Shown here: positions 19,693-30,821 of the stretch, one piece after another
Layout of the letters: every line of letters starts with the position of its first letter
How positions within the stretch are numbered: position 1 is the stretch's first letter
DNA from: Ostreococcus lucimarinus
Taxonomy: Eukaryota
Strand: one strand, 5' to 3'
DNA: 64,000 nucleotides
Assembly (NCBI GenBank): GCA_000092065.1
Contig: CP000594.1
Program-made: the position numbers and the translations under genes
The notes under the pieces: generated by a model
Database searches by the model: none
Told to the model about the DNA's origin: nothing
Seen by the model: the letters and a program-made list of their open reading frames with translations, nothing else

Positions 19693-21063
19693 CTAACGTT
19701 TTCTACTTCGCTGTTCTCGGAGTTCGTTCTCGCATCGCTCGCATCGACACACAAAGCCGTAATCGCACAGCTCGTCGTTTCGCTCGTCGCGCGACTTCGA
19801 GGCCTCGTCTGATACGTACGAGATCGTCAACTCTTCCCCGGCTGCGATATCGCGCCGCGCGATGATGACGCACGCGCCGTCGATGTCTTCCTCTCCCTTC
19901 ATCGGCTCACAGTTCGGGTCGCAGTCGTGATTGAATCCGGATTGTACGGAGAACAACGCGCTGCCGAGGAGCGGAATGTCGTACTCCGTATCCAAGGCGT
20001 CGAGCAGTGGCTGCGTGACGCGCATCGCCGCTCGCTTCTCTTCACCATCTGGCGCCGCGTCGATCGCGAGAAAGTAATTCTCAACCGGGCTCTCCACGAC
20101 GAGCTCGAGGTTGTTCAGTTCAAACGCTCCGATGAGTCTGCCGTACGTCTCGAGCGTGAAGAATCGCGGCCAAGCGTTCGCCGTTTCGCCCCAAGCCGAT
20201 CGAAGCAAGTCCAAAGAGTCTTGCGCGAGCGTTCGCAACGTCGTGCGGAATTCCATTTCCGCGCGCTCGTCTTCGCAGTCGTGCGGCGTCGCCACGCTTT
20301 CCCACCAAGGCGCGTTGGCGACGACGGCGAACGGCAGGCGCGCAAAGTCTTCCGCCGCCGAAGCGTCCCGCTCGATCTCCTTTCCGCTCGACCCGTCGTC
20401 TCGATCTCTCGCGCTCGCCCGCGACGCTCGCGCGCACATCGTCGCCACCGCCTTGGCCGCTAAAATAAATATATCGTTCGTCTCCCTCGCGTGCGCGTAA
20501 AATTCATCCAACGCCCGCTTATTCGTCGCCGTCCCCTTCTCTCCCGGACACATGAGCGACTCTCTCTCGCGCCACGCCTCGGACGCGCACGCCTCGGAGC
20601 AGTACACGTTTCGCGCGCACGCGCCCAAACATCCAACTTCACGCGGTCCATCGAACGCATCCGCGCCCGGAAGCGTCGCCTCACCGCTCGCCAGCTTCAC
20701 CAAATCCTCGCGCGTCGTCGGTTTCGGCGGCGCCGCGTTCGCGTACTTTTCCAGCAGCCTTCGTCCGACCGCGCTCGACACCGTCCCGACGTATCGATGG
20801 CAATTTTCGCACGCGCGCGCGTGTTTCACGTTTTCCTCGTGCTGCGCTCCCACGAGCGCGCGCTCGATCATCACGCACTCGCCTCGCTCGAACGCGCGCG
20901 TCGCGAAGACGCCTCGACCTCCGCCTCGACGTTCGCGCGCGCGCGCGACGGCGACGTCGCACGCCGTCATCGCGCCGTTCGACGCGCGCGCGCGACACCG
21001 CGCGATCGCGCATCGCCAGTGTTCGTCCACCGCCGCGCGCGCGTCCGCGCCCACCGGCTCCAT
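19693..21063 (-). CDS. SET and MYND domain (SMYD-like) protein
   Basis: N-terminal SET region GRGVFATRAFERGECV. MYND zinc finger CENCHRY...CLGACARNVYCSEAC. C-terminal SET motif GFNHDCDPNC...ELTISY. The start is taken at MEPVG (21063). Confidence 0.7.
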   Translation of the reverse strand: MEPVGADARAAVDEHWRCAIARCRARASNGAMTACDVAVARARERRGGGRGVFATRAFERGECVMIERALVGAQHEENVKHARACENCHRYVGTVSSAVGRRLLEKYANAAPPKPTTREDLVKLASGEATLPGADAFDGPREVGCLGACARNVYCSEACASEAWRERESLMCPGEKGTATNKRALDEFYAHARETNDIFILAAKAVATMCARASRASARDRDDGSSGKEIERDASAAEDFARLPFAVVANAPWWESVATPHDCEDERAEMEFRTTLRTLAQDSLDLLRSAWGETANAWPRFFTLETYGRLIGAFELNNLELVVESPVENYFLAIDAAPDGEEKRAAMRVTQPLLDALDTEYDIPLLGSALFSVQSGFNHDCDPNCEPMKGEEDIDGACVIIARRDIAAGEELTISYVSDEASKSRDERNDELCDYGFVCRCERCENELREQRSRKR

Positions 21064-21244
21064 GCGTCGACCCGAGTCGCGGAGTGCGACGCGAGACACA
21101 CTGCGCGACGCGACGCGAAGGATTGGGCGTCCGGTGGACGGTGGCGTTCGACACACCGCGACGCGCGTTCGCGCGTTCGACGCGTCGGAAGAGGACCGAG
21201 CGCGACGCGACGCGGACGGCGAGGCGCGATCGAACGCGCGCGCG

Positions 21245-22417
21245 ATGACGACGACGACGACGAACCACGCGCCGAGCCCGTCGACGCAGGAGGTGAAAAA
21301 GTTTACGCAAATTTGCGCAAAGTGCGCGAGACACACGGCGATCGTCGAGGACCACGCGTCGGGAGATTTGATATGCACCGAGTGCGGACTGGTGATCGAG
21401 TCGAGGATCATCGACGAGTGCTCGGAGTGGCGGACGTTCGGGGACGGGGATAAGGATCGCGGAGGCGCGGATCCGTCGCGGACGGTGGGGGCGACAAACG
21501 TCATGCTCACGGGCGGCGGGCTGAGCACGACGATCGGGAAGAATCCGGACGGGACGTACAACGCCACGCTGACGCGATTGCATAATCGAGGGATGAACCC
21601 GGACAAGGCGTTGATCAGCGCGTTTCACAGCATCGGGGAGTTCGCGGACGCGATGGGTATGAATCGAGTGGTGCGCGACGGGGCGTGCGATTTGTATCGA
21701 ATGGTGACGTCAGCGCACTCGACGTTGGGGAAATCGAACGTGGCGATGTACGCGGCGTGTTTGTACATCGCGGCGAGGCAAGAGGGGATGACGCGGACGT
21801 TTAAGGAGGTGTGCGGGGCGGCGCAAGGGACGACGGTGAAGGAAATCGGGCGGTGCTACAAATTCATCTTAAAGGTGTGCGATGGGTTAAACATGCAGAT
21901 GAACGAGCAGATGATCACGCCTGAATTACTTACGAATCGATTCTGCGGTAATTTGGGGATGAGCGATCACGACTTCTTAAAACTCTGCTCACACATCGTG
22001 CGAACGTTTAGAGAGCTGAGAGATTCCGAGGGGCACAAGAGCGAGAAGCAGCCGGCGTCCGTGGCGGCGGCGGCGATTTTCATCGCCTCCGTCGTGCGTG
22101 AAATGCACAAAGACAAGGCAAGCTTGTTTCGCATTTCCGAAGTGAGTGGGATGGCGGAGGTGACCATTCGAACGTCGTTTTTTGACATGGTGCCGTACGC
22201 GTCGAGGCTTTTGCCGTCGGCGCATCAGGGAAAATTAGCAGACTTGTTGACCGAGGCGGAGAAGATGCGCGAGGGATCTACGATGGCGCTGCCGTCACAC
22301 GCGACGAGACAATCATTCCATCCCGCTCCGCAACCCGCGGTGCCTTTGTTGAAACTCGAATTAGACGGCCCGATTGAAGTGCCCGGCGACGTCCTCATTA
22401 AAGAAGAATTGAAGTGA
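21245..22417 (+). CDS. TFIIB: Transcription initiation factor IIB
   Basis: N-terminal zinc ribbon CAKCARHTAIVEDHASGDLICTECGLVIESRIIDECSEWRTF followed by two cyclin-like repeats. The ATG is at MTTTTTNH. It lies divergent from the SMYD gene, 181 bp away. Confidence 0.85.
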   Translation: MTTTTTNHAPSPSTQEVKKFTQICAKCARHTAIVEDHASGDLICTECGLVIESRIIDECSEWRTFGDGDKDRGGADPSRTVGATNVMLTGGGLSTTIGKNPDGTYNATLTRLHNRGMNPDKALISAFHSIGEFADAMGMNRVVRDGACDLYRMVTSAHSTLGKSNVAMYAACLYIAARQEGMTRTFKEVCGAAQGTTVKEIGRCYKFILKVCDGLNMQMNEQMITPELLTNRFCGNLGMSDHDFLKLCSHIVRTFRELRDSEGHKSEKQPASVAAAAIFIASVVREMHKDKASLFRISEVSGMAEVTIRTSFFDMVPYASRLLPSAHQGKLADLLTEAEKMREGSTMALPSHATRQSFHPAPQPAVPLLKLELDGPIEVPGDVLIKEELK

Positions 22418-22432
22418 AATAACAAATTTCTA

Positions 22433-23995
22433 TTAGAGTTCTTTCTTGTCACCCACCTGCAAGCGCTCGCGGAAATCTTCCACCATCTTCGGCAAACCTT
22501 CGCGCAACGTGATTTTCGGCTCCCATCCGAGCGCCGTTTTGGCGAGCGTGATGTCCGGCTTGCGGCGCCCGGGATCATCCGCCGTGTTTTCCTTGAATTC
22601 GATTTTCGCATCCTTGTTCACGACTTCCTTGACGACTTCCGCGAGCTCGATCATGGTGAACTCGCCGGGATTCCCAATGTTCACCGGACCGATTTCGTTT
22701 TCGTTATCCATGAGCGCCATCAAGCCCGCGACCAAGTCGTCGACGTATTGAAACGAGCGAGTTTGTTTGCCGTCGCCGTACACGGTGAGCGGCTCGCCGC
22801 GTAAAGCTTGGGAGACGAAGTTCGAAACGACGCGTCCGTCTTCGAGCGCCATGCGCGGACCGTAGGTGTTGAAGATACGCGCGATTCTGATGTCCACACC
22901 CTCTTGGCGGTGGTAATCAAAGCAAAGCGTCTCCGCCACGCGCTTGCCTTCGTCGTAGCACGAACGCACGCCGATCGGGTTGACGTTGCCCCAGTAGGAT
23001 TCCTTTTGCGGGTGCTCCAAAGGATCACCGTAAACCTCAGATGTGGACGTCAAGAGCATTCGTGCGCCCACGCGCTTAGCCAAACCAAGCATGTTGAGCG
23101 TTCCCATAACCGAAGTCTTGATCGTTTTCACGGGATTGTGCTTGTAGTGCACCGGAGACGCCGGGCACGCGAGGTGATATATTTGATCCACCTCGACGAG
23201 CATGGGCTCGACGACGTCGTGTCGAATGAGCTCAAAGAAGGGGTTTTGCAAGTGGTGCATGATATTTTCTTTGCGACCGGTGAAGAAGTTGTCGGCGACG
23301 ATGACGATGTTTCCGCGCTCCATGAGTCGGTCGACGAGGTGCGAGCCGACGAAACCAGCGCCACCAGTGACCAACACGCGCAAGCGCGTCGCCTTGGGAA
23401 TCGGCACGGGCATCGTCTTCGCCACGGTACCGCGTCCGACGGGTTCAGACGCACCGATTTCGCCGACAGTGGACGATTTAGACGCCGATTGACCGACGAC
23501 GCCGATTTCCGCCACATCCACGGACAACGCGCTCGCAACCTTGGACGATTTCGACGACGACTTCGACGACGACTTCGACGACGGCTTCGACGACACCGCA
23601 TCTATCATCGTCGTCGACGCACGCACGTCGCCGTCCACCGCCTCGTCGCCGTCCACCGCCTCGTCGACGCCCACGACCTCGTCCTCGTTCTCATCCGCGA
23701 AGCTCGTCGTCGACTTTTTCGTTTCGAAAGTTTTCTCCATCATCGCCGACGCCCCCGTCGCTCGCGTTTCCTCGCCGTCGCGTCCTTCCTCCATCTTCAT
23801 CCCTCTTCCCTGCGTCGCGAATCGCGACGCGCCGACGTCGCCGTCGTCTCTCGCGTCTTCGTTCGCGCGCGCGTATCCTCGCTCCGTCGTCCCTCGCGGG
23901 CTCGTTCTCGTCCCGCTCGTCCCCGCGGCGCACACCAGCGCGATCGCGATGACGAGCATCAGCGCGCACGCGCGCGAACCTCGTCCGCGCGCCAT
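22433..23995 (-). CDS. UXS: UDP-glucuronate decarboxylase (UDP-xylose synthase), type II membrane form
   Basis: [18 protein letters not shown]...[11 protein letters not shown]...catalytic YxxxK, highly conserved end to end. N-terminal signal anchor [25 protein letters not shown] plus a Ser/Lys-rich stem. Confidence 0.9.
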   Translation of the reverse strand: MARGRGSRACALMLVIAIALVCAAGTSGTRTSPRGTTERGYARANEDARDDGDVGASRFATQGRGMKMEEGRDGEETRATGASAMMEKTFETKKSTTSFADENEDEVVGVDEAVDGDEAVDGDVRASTTMIDAVSSKPSSKSSSKSSSKSSKVASALSVDVAEIGVVGQSASKSSTVGEIGASEPVGRGTVAKTMPVPIPKATRLRVLVTGGAGFVGSHLVDRLMERGNIVIVADNFFTGRKENIMHHLQNPFFELIRHDVVEPMLVEVDQIYHLACPASPVHYKHNPVKTIKTSVMGTLNMLGLAKRVGARMLLTSTSEVYGDPLEHPQKESYWGNVNPIGVRSCYDEGKRVAETLCFDYHRQEGVDIRIARIFNTYGPRMALEDGRVVSNFVSQALRGEPLTVYGDGKQTRSFQYVDDLVAGLMALMDNENEIGPVNIGNPGEFTMIELAEVVKEVVNKDAKIEFKENTADDPGRRKPDITLAKTALGWEPKITLREGLPKMVEDFRERLQVGDKKEL

Positions 23996-24305
23996 CTTAT
24001 CGCGCGCGCGTCCGAGAATCTTATGAATCACCGACGACGATCGCGTCGCGGATAGCCTCGTCGACGGCGTCGCGTCGCGCGTCGCTCGCGCGCGATCGGG
24101 CGTCGACGCGCGTCGGGCGTCGGCGCGGTCGTTCGCGTCGTTCGCGTCGTCCGGGGCGCGTCGCGCGCTCGATGACGGGCGATTCGCACCGAGTCGCATG
24201 CGCGCGCGTGTGCGGGAAAGTGTCGGAAAAATGTCCGGAAATCTCCGAGCGGCGGCGACGCGCGGTCGGATTACGCGGAGACTACGCGAATGGATCACAA
24301 GGGCG

Positions 24306-24351
24306 CTAGGAAGAGGGTCGGGCGGAGACGGGGAGGAGCGTGACGGCGTCA

Positions 24352-24389
<38 letters not shown>

Positions 24390-25934
24390 GTCGACGACGG
24401 CGAGCTCGACGGCGTCGACGCCTTCGGGGGACTCGCGCGACCTGCGAACGGCGAAGGAGAGATAGCCGACGGAACACAGGACGGTGTAGACGGCGTATCG
24501 AATCCACGCCAGAGCGCCGAGACCGGCGATTAAGACGCACGTCAGGAGGACGCCTAAAGCGGGGAGGAAAGGGACGAACGGGGCGCGAAACGTCTTCGGC
24601 GCGTGCGTCATCGGAAGCGTCAAAAAGCTGCACGCGCTCGCGACGACGGCGGCGAGGGCGACGGCGCCAAACCAGGAGATTCGCGCGCGCGCGCGGTAGT
24701 CCACGCCGAACGCCATCGATGAGACGAAGAGCGCGCCCGCGCGCTTCAAAGCCGGCGCGCGACGGGCGAAATCGTCGTCGTCTCGAGGCGCGCATCTGGA
24801 CACGATGAGTCCCAAATTAACGCCGCAAAAGATGCTCAACGTGCCGATGCTCACGAGCTGGGCGAGTATGTTGATGTCCAACAGCACCGCCAGCGCGCCG
24901 GTGACGGCGCCACTGAATATCGACGCGTTTGCCGGCGTGCCGTGCTTTTCGCTGACGCGCGAGAACCACTTCGGGAGCAAACCGTCTCGCGCCATCACCA
25001 TGAAGATGCGCGGCTGCCCCATCATCGAAAGCAACAGCGACGTCGTGATGGCGGCGACGGCGCCGATGGACACGATGGTCGCGATCGCGGGCATACCGTA
25101 CGCCGTGAACGCCATCGCGAACGGGGCGTTGACGTCGATGTCGTCGTACGAAACCATGCCCGTGATCACGACGCACATCGCGCAGTACAACGCCGCGCAA
25201 ATCCCGAGCGATCCCAAAATACCAAACGGCAAATCCGCCGCGGGATTGGCGACTTCTTCCGCGCACGTCGCCACGGTGTCGAAACCGACGAAGGCAAAAA
25301 TCACCACCGACGCACCGGATATTATTCCACGCATCCCGTACGGCGCGAACGGCGTCCAATTCGACGGTTGAATCTCCGGCGCGCCCGCCAAGAGAACGAC
25401 GGCGACGACGACCAAACTCGCGTACGTCACCGCCGCGTTAAACCGCGCCGTCTGTTTCGCCCCGCTCACGAGCAGCGCCGTCATGCCGCAAACCACGATC
25501 CCAGCTATTAAATCTATCTCCATCAACCCATCGATCACGCGCACTCGCGCGCGCCGCGCCTCGACGCCGAACGCCGCCGTCGCGTACGACGTCCACCCGC
25601 GCGCGATCGCCGCGCTCGCTATGGTGAGCTCCAGCGCCAGATTACACCCCGTGAGAAACGCCGCGTACTCCCCGAACGTGCCGTACACGTAATTATACGC
25701 GCTCCCCGCCACCGGCATCGCCACCGCGAACTCCGCGTACGCCAATCCCGTCACCGCGCTCGTAAACGCGCTCAGCGCGTACGACGCCGCCACCGCCGGT
25801 CCCGCGTGTTCCCTCGCCACCGACCCCGTGAGCACGAACACGCCCGCCCCGATGATCCCGCCCACGCCGAGCGTCGTCAGGTCCGCGCGCGTCAGCACCT
25901 TTCGCAGCGCCCCGCTCGCGCCGCGCGCGTCGTC

Positions 25935-25966
<32 letters not shown>

Positions 25967-26054
25967 TCGTCGTCCCGAGGCGGTCGCGCGTCACGCGCAT
26001 CGCGTCGCGCATCACGCGCGCGCGCGTCGTTCGATCGCTGAAGAACGACGCCAT
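24306..26054 (-). CDS. Cationic amino acid transporter / APC-family amino-acid permease
   Basis: [41 protein letters not shown]...12 predicted TM helices. The start is MASFFSDR (26054). The C-terminal DADADADA is encoded by a (GTCGGC)n microsatellite at about 24355-24393. Confidence 0.8.
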
Positions 26055-26153
26055 CGACGCCGACGACGACGACGCCGAAGACGACGCCGACGACGCGACG
26101 CGACGCGCGACGACGTGCCGCGCCGACCCGCGCCGACCCGAATCGACCGCGCG

Positions 26154-26243
26154 GTGAGACTGAAACGGTGAGACTGAAACGGTGAGACTGAAACGCACAC
26201 ACGAACCTCACCTCAGAGTGAGACTGAAACGCACACACGAACC
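26154..26243. repeat. Tandem 13-mer GTGAGACTGAAAC (x3, +1) alternating with GCACACACGAACC (x2) in the divergent region between the transporter and ARC6
   Basis: Direct reading: ggtgagactgaaac x3, gcacacacgaacc, tcacctcaga, gtgagactgaaac, gcacacacgaacc. Confidence 0.8.
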
Positions 26244-26543
26244 CAAGGCGAACAAAATTCAAAATGTCGCGTCCCTCGACCGACGCGGACCGCGCGGCGA
26301 CGACCGAACACGGCGACGCGCCGACGCGCGACGCGCTCGGGCGAACGACGCCCGCGACGCGCTCGAGTCAAATCGCGCGCGCGCGGCGTCGACGGACGCG
26401 ACGCGCGCGCGCGCGAGGGCGAGGCGAACGATCCACAAAGGGGCGAGCGATCCGGCTGTCGCGCGAACACGCGCGGGCGAACGACGCGAACGACGCGCGA
26501 CGCGCGAGGCGACGCGTGAACGACGGGCGAAGGGTCGGGAAAG

Positions 26544-29189
26544 ATGAGGACGCGCGCGATGGCGACGACGCGCGGGACGACGATGCGGACGACGACGACG
26601 ACGAGGAGGAGGAGGAGGACGACGACGCGAAACGCGACGACGACGACGAAGACGACGAGACGAAGCGCGACGACGACGAAAGCGGTCGAAGACGAGGAGA
26701 ACGCGAACGCGTGGGATGAGGGGGTGGTGAACGGTGACGACGCGGTCGGGGCGAACGCGTACGGGGGGGAAATCTTCCACCTCGAACGCACGGCGTACGA
26801 GGCGTACGGCGAGACGGCGCGCGGCGGCGCGGCGGCGTACGAGGAAGAGACGGCGGAGGGCGACGACGACGTCAACGCGCGACTGTTCGTCGCGGGTGGG
26901 ATGTCGGCGTACGGCGGCGCGAGCGAAGATAAGTCGACGACGGCGGCGTACGCGACGAATGGGAACTCGTCTTACGAGTCGCCGAAAACCGTCGCGCAAG
27001 CCGCGGCGGAGATCGAGGCGGGAGAAGAAGACGCGCCGTATTACGCCGAAATGGCTGCCGCGGAGAAAGCACAGCAGAAAGCGTACGCGCCGATGGCGGC
27101 GATGAAGCCGCCCGTGGACGACGAGGAGGAGGATTACGAGATTCCAGGAATCCACGCGTCGCCGACGCAAGGCTGGACGGGTGGCGGCTTCGACACCCCC
27201 GAAGGTACCATCGCGCTTCCTTTGTCTTATTACCAAATTTTGGGTTTGACGGCGGCTCGGTCGACGCCGAACGCGCTTCCGCGCGCGGCGCTCGCCGTCA
27301 TGGATGCCCAGCTCACCGAGGGGTACTCGCCGTACATGCTCGAACAACGTCTCTCGCTCATCGACGAAGCCGTGGCGGTGTTGAAGGACGAAGAGGCTCG
27401 AAGACAACACGACGACGACATCGCCGAAGGGATCTTGACCCCAGTCGAGCCGCATCGCGCGGCGGCCGCGCTCTGCCTGCTCCAGGAAGCCGGCGAGTAC
27501 GAGGCTGTTTTGGAATTTGAGCACGTCGTCGCGCAGTGCGTGAGCGGTCGCCGGCATCGCCGCGACGTCGCGCTCACCGTGGCGTTGGCATTGTGCGAGT
27601 ACGGTCACATGGCGCTCGTGGCGAATCCGCCACGATTTGCCGAAGGATGTGAACTGCTCGACATGGGTTCGAAGACGCTCTCGAGCGTGGCGGGCAGCTC
27701 CTTTGCTCCCGAAGTTCGTCGCAACATTGCGCTGTCGTATCACGACGTGGCGCCAGGATACGTCTTGGAGTTGCTGGCCTCACCTTTGGAGGCTCGATCC
27801 GAACGTGCTTTGGGCTTGCGTGCTCTTCGTTCATTGCTGTGGACGAAAGATCCGGCGCAACAGCTCGAGCAGCGCGCGGCTTTCATGGAGCAAGCCAACG
27901 AATTGCTTACGGCGCAAGAACAAGTGTCTCTCTTCATCGACGCTCCGGATTACATCGCCCTTGATTCCGACGAAGTGTACAAGAGCGCTCTCGCCCACGT
28001 CGTCGCCGGCGTGATTGATCGTAAACCGATGATGATTGCCGATGCGGACGAGATTCTGCATCAAATCCAACTCGCCTCTTTGGAATCCGCCGACATCAGT
28101 CACTTTGCTGACGTCGGCGTCGAACGCGCCGTGTGCCAAATTTTGCTCGGCCAGCTCGACGAGGCGGAGCACACGCTCGGTCTGCGCGACGATACCGTCG
28201 ATCCGGGTTTGTTGCAATACATCGAGGACCGTTCTCCGAGCGGAGACATCGCGGAAGGGATGTGCTCGATGGCGGATCAATGGTTGGTAGACGTCGCGTT
28301 CCCGCTCTTCCGCGGTTCAAACGCGCGTGGAACGCCCACCCTCGATGAATGGTTTTCCACACCGAGCGTTCAAGGTTTCGTCGGGCGAATGAGCTCGATT
28401 CCCGTATTGATTCGTATTCAAGGCGCGATCGCAGCCGCGAAGCGTGTCGTCGTTTCCAGCGTCGATTCCGTCGTCACGGCTTTCGCGCCGACACCCCCAG
28501 CGCTGCAATTCGGCGTCTCGGACGCGCAGCGCCGCGTCGTCGCCGTGGCCAAGCTCGGCGTGTTCGCCGGTATCGCGTTCGCCGTGAGTGGTCGCACTGG
28601 TAATGTCAGCGCGCCGAAGCTGCCGACTTTGAACCCGCTCGCACCGTTGCAAGCCGCCGTCGGAACCGCCGGGAGCACGATTTCAAAGTTGAAGATGCCG
28701 ACGTTGAACATGCCGAAGATGGACGTCAAGACGCCGCGTCGCGAATTAGGCCCGCCCACGCGAGTGGCGCCCAAACCTCGCCCTACGCCCGCGGTGACCA
28801 TGGATAAAGGTACGGCGGAGAAGCTCGTGCGCAAGTGGCAAATGGCCAAGGCGCAAGCGATGGGTCAACGCCACAACACGCGTTACTTGGATGGCATCTT
28901 GGATGGACCCATGTTGCAACAATGGAAGACGCGCGCTGAAGACGTCGCCACGCACGGCTGGGCTTGGGAGTATAAACTTAACGATCTCAGCATTGACTCC
29001 GTGCAGGTCATCGGCACGGAGAAGGTATTCGTAGAGACGACGCTCACGGAGGTGGCGGTGTTAAAGGATCGCGCGCGGAACGAGCCCGACGACGTCTACG
29101 AAAGCACTTATCGCGCCAAGTACGAGCTCAAGCGATGTGAGACGGGTAAAAACGCCTGGCGTATCGTTGGTGGGTCTGTGGTTTATTAA
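26544..29189 (+). CDS. ARC6: Plastid division protein ARC6 (Ftn2 homologue) with long acidic low-complexity N-terminus
   Basis: J-like region YYQILGL. Single TM VVAVAKLGVFAGIAFAVSG. C-terminal DUF4101-type domain KLVRKWQMAKAQAMG...WAWEYKLNDLSIDSV...YRAKYELKR...WRIVGGSV. The start is uncertain: the frame opens at 26544 ATG. Confidence 0.65.
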   Translation: MRTRAMATTRGTTMRTTTTTRRRRRTTTRNATTTTKTTRRSATTTKAVEDEENANAWDEGVVNGDDAVGANAYGGEIFHLERTAYEAYGETARGGAAAYEEETAEGDDDVNARLFVAGGMSAYGGASEDKSTTAAYATNGNSSYESPKTVAQAAAEIEAGEEDAPYYAEMAAAEKAQQKAYAPMAAMKPPVDDEEEDYEIPGIHASPTQGWTGGGFDTPEGTIALPLSYYQILGLTAARSTPNALPRAALAVMDAQLTEGYSPYMLEQRLSLIDEAVAVLKDEEARRQHDDDIAEGILTPVEPHRAAAALCLLQEAGEYEAVLEFEHVVAQCVSGRRHRRDVALTVALALCEYGHMALVANPPRFAEGCELLDMGSKTLSSVAGSSFAPEVRRNIALSYHDVAPGYVLELLASPLEARSERALGLRALRSLLWTKDPAQQLEQRAAFMEQANELLTAQEQVSLFIDAPDYIALDSDEVYKSALAHVVAGVIDRKPMMIADADEILHQIQLASLESADISHFADVGVERAVCQILLGQLDEAEHTLGLRDDTVDPGLLQYIEDRSPSGDIAEGMCSMADQWLVDVAFPLFRGSNARGTPTLDEWFSTPSVQGFVGRMSSIPVLIRIQGAIAAAKRVVVSSVDSVVTAFAPTPPALQFGVSDAQRRVVAVAKLGVFAGIAFAVSGRTGNVSAPKLPTLNPLAPLQAAVGTAGSTISKLKMPTLNMPKMDVKTPRRELGPPTRVAPKPRPTPAVTMDKGTAEKLVRKWQMAKAQAMGQRHNTRYLDGILDGPMLQQWKTRAEDVATHGWAWEYKLNDLSIDSVQVIGTEKVFVETTLTEVAVLKDRARNEPDDVYESTYRAKYELKRCETGKNAWRIVGGSVVY

Positions 29190-29233
29190 GTGAAGTCGCA
29201 CCGGCACGAGAATTGTAACGCTATCTAAAGTTT

Positions 29234-30295
29234 TCACCTCGCGCCGGCGCCACCGTTTTCGGCGTCAAAGTCGCGCTTGACTTTCCTCGCGAATTCCCAA
29301 AGGTACACTTCGCCCCCGATGTGCGTGATGTGATTTAATACGTCTACGTGTGGGCGGTTGGCCGACAAGTCGACTCGCCCAGCGCCGACGACGGTGACAC
29401 CGTAGCCTGCGTCATCGGCGACTTTTTGCAACTCCTTCGGTCCGATGCCCGTCATCGTCACCAAACCTCTCAACGCGTCGTCCAAATCCTCGTCTTCCCG
29501 CTTCGACTGCATGAAGAAACAAAAATTTTCGGCGTCCGACTTATTTTCAAACGCCAAGACATGAAACTTGTCTTCCGGTCTCGCGCGCGGCGGGATGTTA
29601 TCCGGAACCATTTGCATCGCGAACAAGCGCGAGTCTCGACTTCCCATCGGCGTGATCATGATCAAGTGCAACGCGCGCGCGTCTCGCCACCAGTACGGAT
29701 CGAGCAATTGCGGATGCTCGCCCTTGTCGTCATCGTCATCGATATTAACGGGGTCGAACTCTTCCCCGAATGTATCCAAAACGTCCGCGTACTTCTCCAA
29801 GAGCGCTTCCTCGCTAAACGCCCCGCTCGCAATGTCCGCCTCCATGCGCTTCATCGCCTCGACGAGTTCGGGCGGGTACTCCGGTTCGCGCGGCGCTTCT
29901 CGCGCGTTCGTCCGCGGCGACGACTCGACTTCAGCGTTTCGCACCACCTCCGCATCATCCACCGGGTGCGCCGCGCTCTCCTTTCTCAAAATCGAATTCA
30001 GGTATTCGTCCGCGGGCGTCCACTGCGCCGACGCGCCCGGCATCGGCGCCTTTTTCTCGCGCGCCTCCTTCGCGCGCGCGCGCGCCGCGAGCTCGGCGTC
30101 CAACCGCGCGCGTTCGGCGTCACCCTCCGACGCTTCCTCGCCTTCACCCCCTTTCACGCGCACGCGCTCTTTCCATTCCTCGGCGCGTTTCGCCGCGTCT
30201 CTTCGCGCGTCTCGCCGTCGTCGAATCTCCGTCGCCTCGGCGCGCGCCGCCTTTGCGCGTTTCATCGTCTTTTCGCTCGGCCATCTCCGCGCCAT
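29234..30295 (-). CDS. Conserved hypothetical protein (possibly DUF3110-like), Lys/Glu/Arg-rich N-terminus
   Basis: The C-terminal region HVLAFENKSDAENFCFFMQSK...VADDAGYGVTVVGAGRVDL looks conserved. The first ATG is MARRWPSEK at 30295. Its stop lies 45 bp from the ARC6 stop. Confidence 0.45.
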   Translation of the reverse strand: MARRWPSEKTMKRAKAARAEATEIRRRRDARRDAAKRAEEWKERVRVKGGEGEEASEGDAERARLDAELAARARAKEAREKKAPMPGASAQWTPADEYLNSILRKESAAHPVDDAEVVRNAEVESSPRTNAREAPREPEYPPELVEAMKRMEADIASGAFSEEALLEKYADVLDTFGEEFDPVNIDDDDDKGEHPQLLDPYWWRDARALHLIMITPMGSRDSRLFAMQMVPDNIPPRARPEDKFHVLAFENKSDAENFCFFMQSKREDEDLDDALRGLVTMTGIGPKELQKVADDAGYGVTVVGAGRVDLSANRPHVDVLNHITHIGGEVYLWEFARKVKRDFDAENGGAGAR

Positions 30296-30774
30296 GCTCT
30301 CCGCCAACTCCGCCACCTCGACCGCCGCGCGCAGCACCTCTTCATCCGGATCTCGTCCCGCCGCCCCGATCGGCGACGCGTTTCCTCCGCGCGCCCTCCA
30401 ACGCGAAGACGCTCAGCGCCGCCGCCGAAATCGCCGCCGCGCACGCCGCGGCGACTGAAATCTCCATCGCGCGCGCGTCTCGCGTCGACATCCCGCCGTC
30501 GATCGCGCCTCCGACGCACGCGCGTCCCGTCGTCGTCGCCGTCGTCGTCGCCGTCGTCGTCGCGTCGTCCACGACGTTCGCGCGCGCGCGCGCGTTCGTC
30601 GCGCCGTCGCCATCCGCGTCAGCGCGACGCCGCGCGTCGTCGCCGCGCGCGCGCGTCGCGCGTCGTCCGGCGCGCGTCGTCCGGAGCGCCGACGGCGACG
30701 CGCGCGACGCCGTGGCGCGCGTCGCCGTCGCGCGCATGCCGCGGCGTCGTCGCGCTGTGGCGTCACTCGTCGAC

Positions 30775-30816
30775 GCGTTCGCGTTCGCATTCGCATTCGC
30801 ATTCGCATTCGCATTC
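30775..30816. repeat. Hexanucleotide microsatellite (GCRTTC)7 immediately 5' of the p25-alpha gene ATG
   Basis: gcgttcgcgttcgcattcgcattcgcattcgcattcgcattc, ending 6 bp before the ATG at 30822. Confidence 0.9.
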
Positions 30817-30821
30817 GATCG

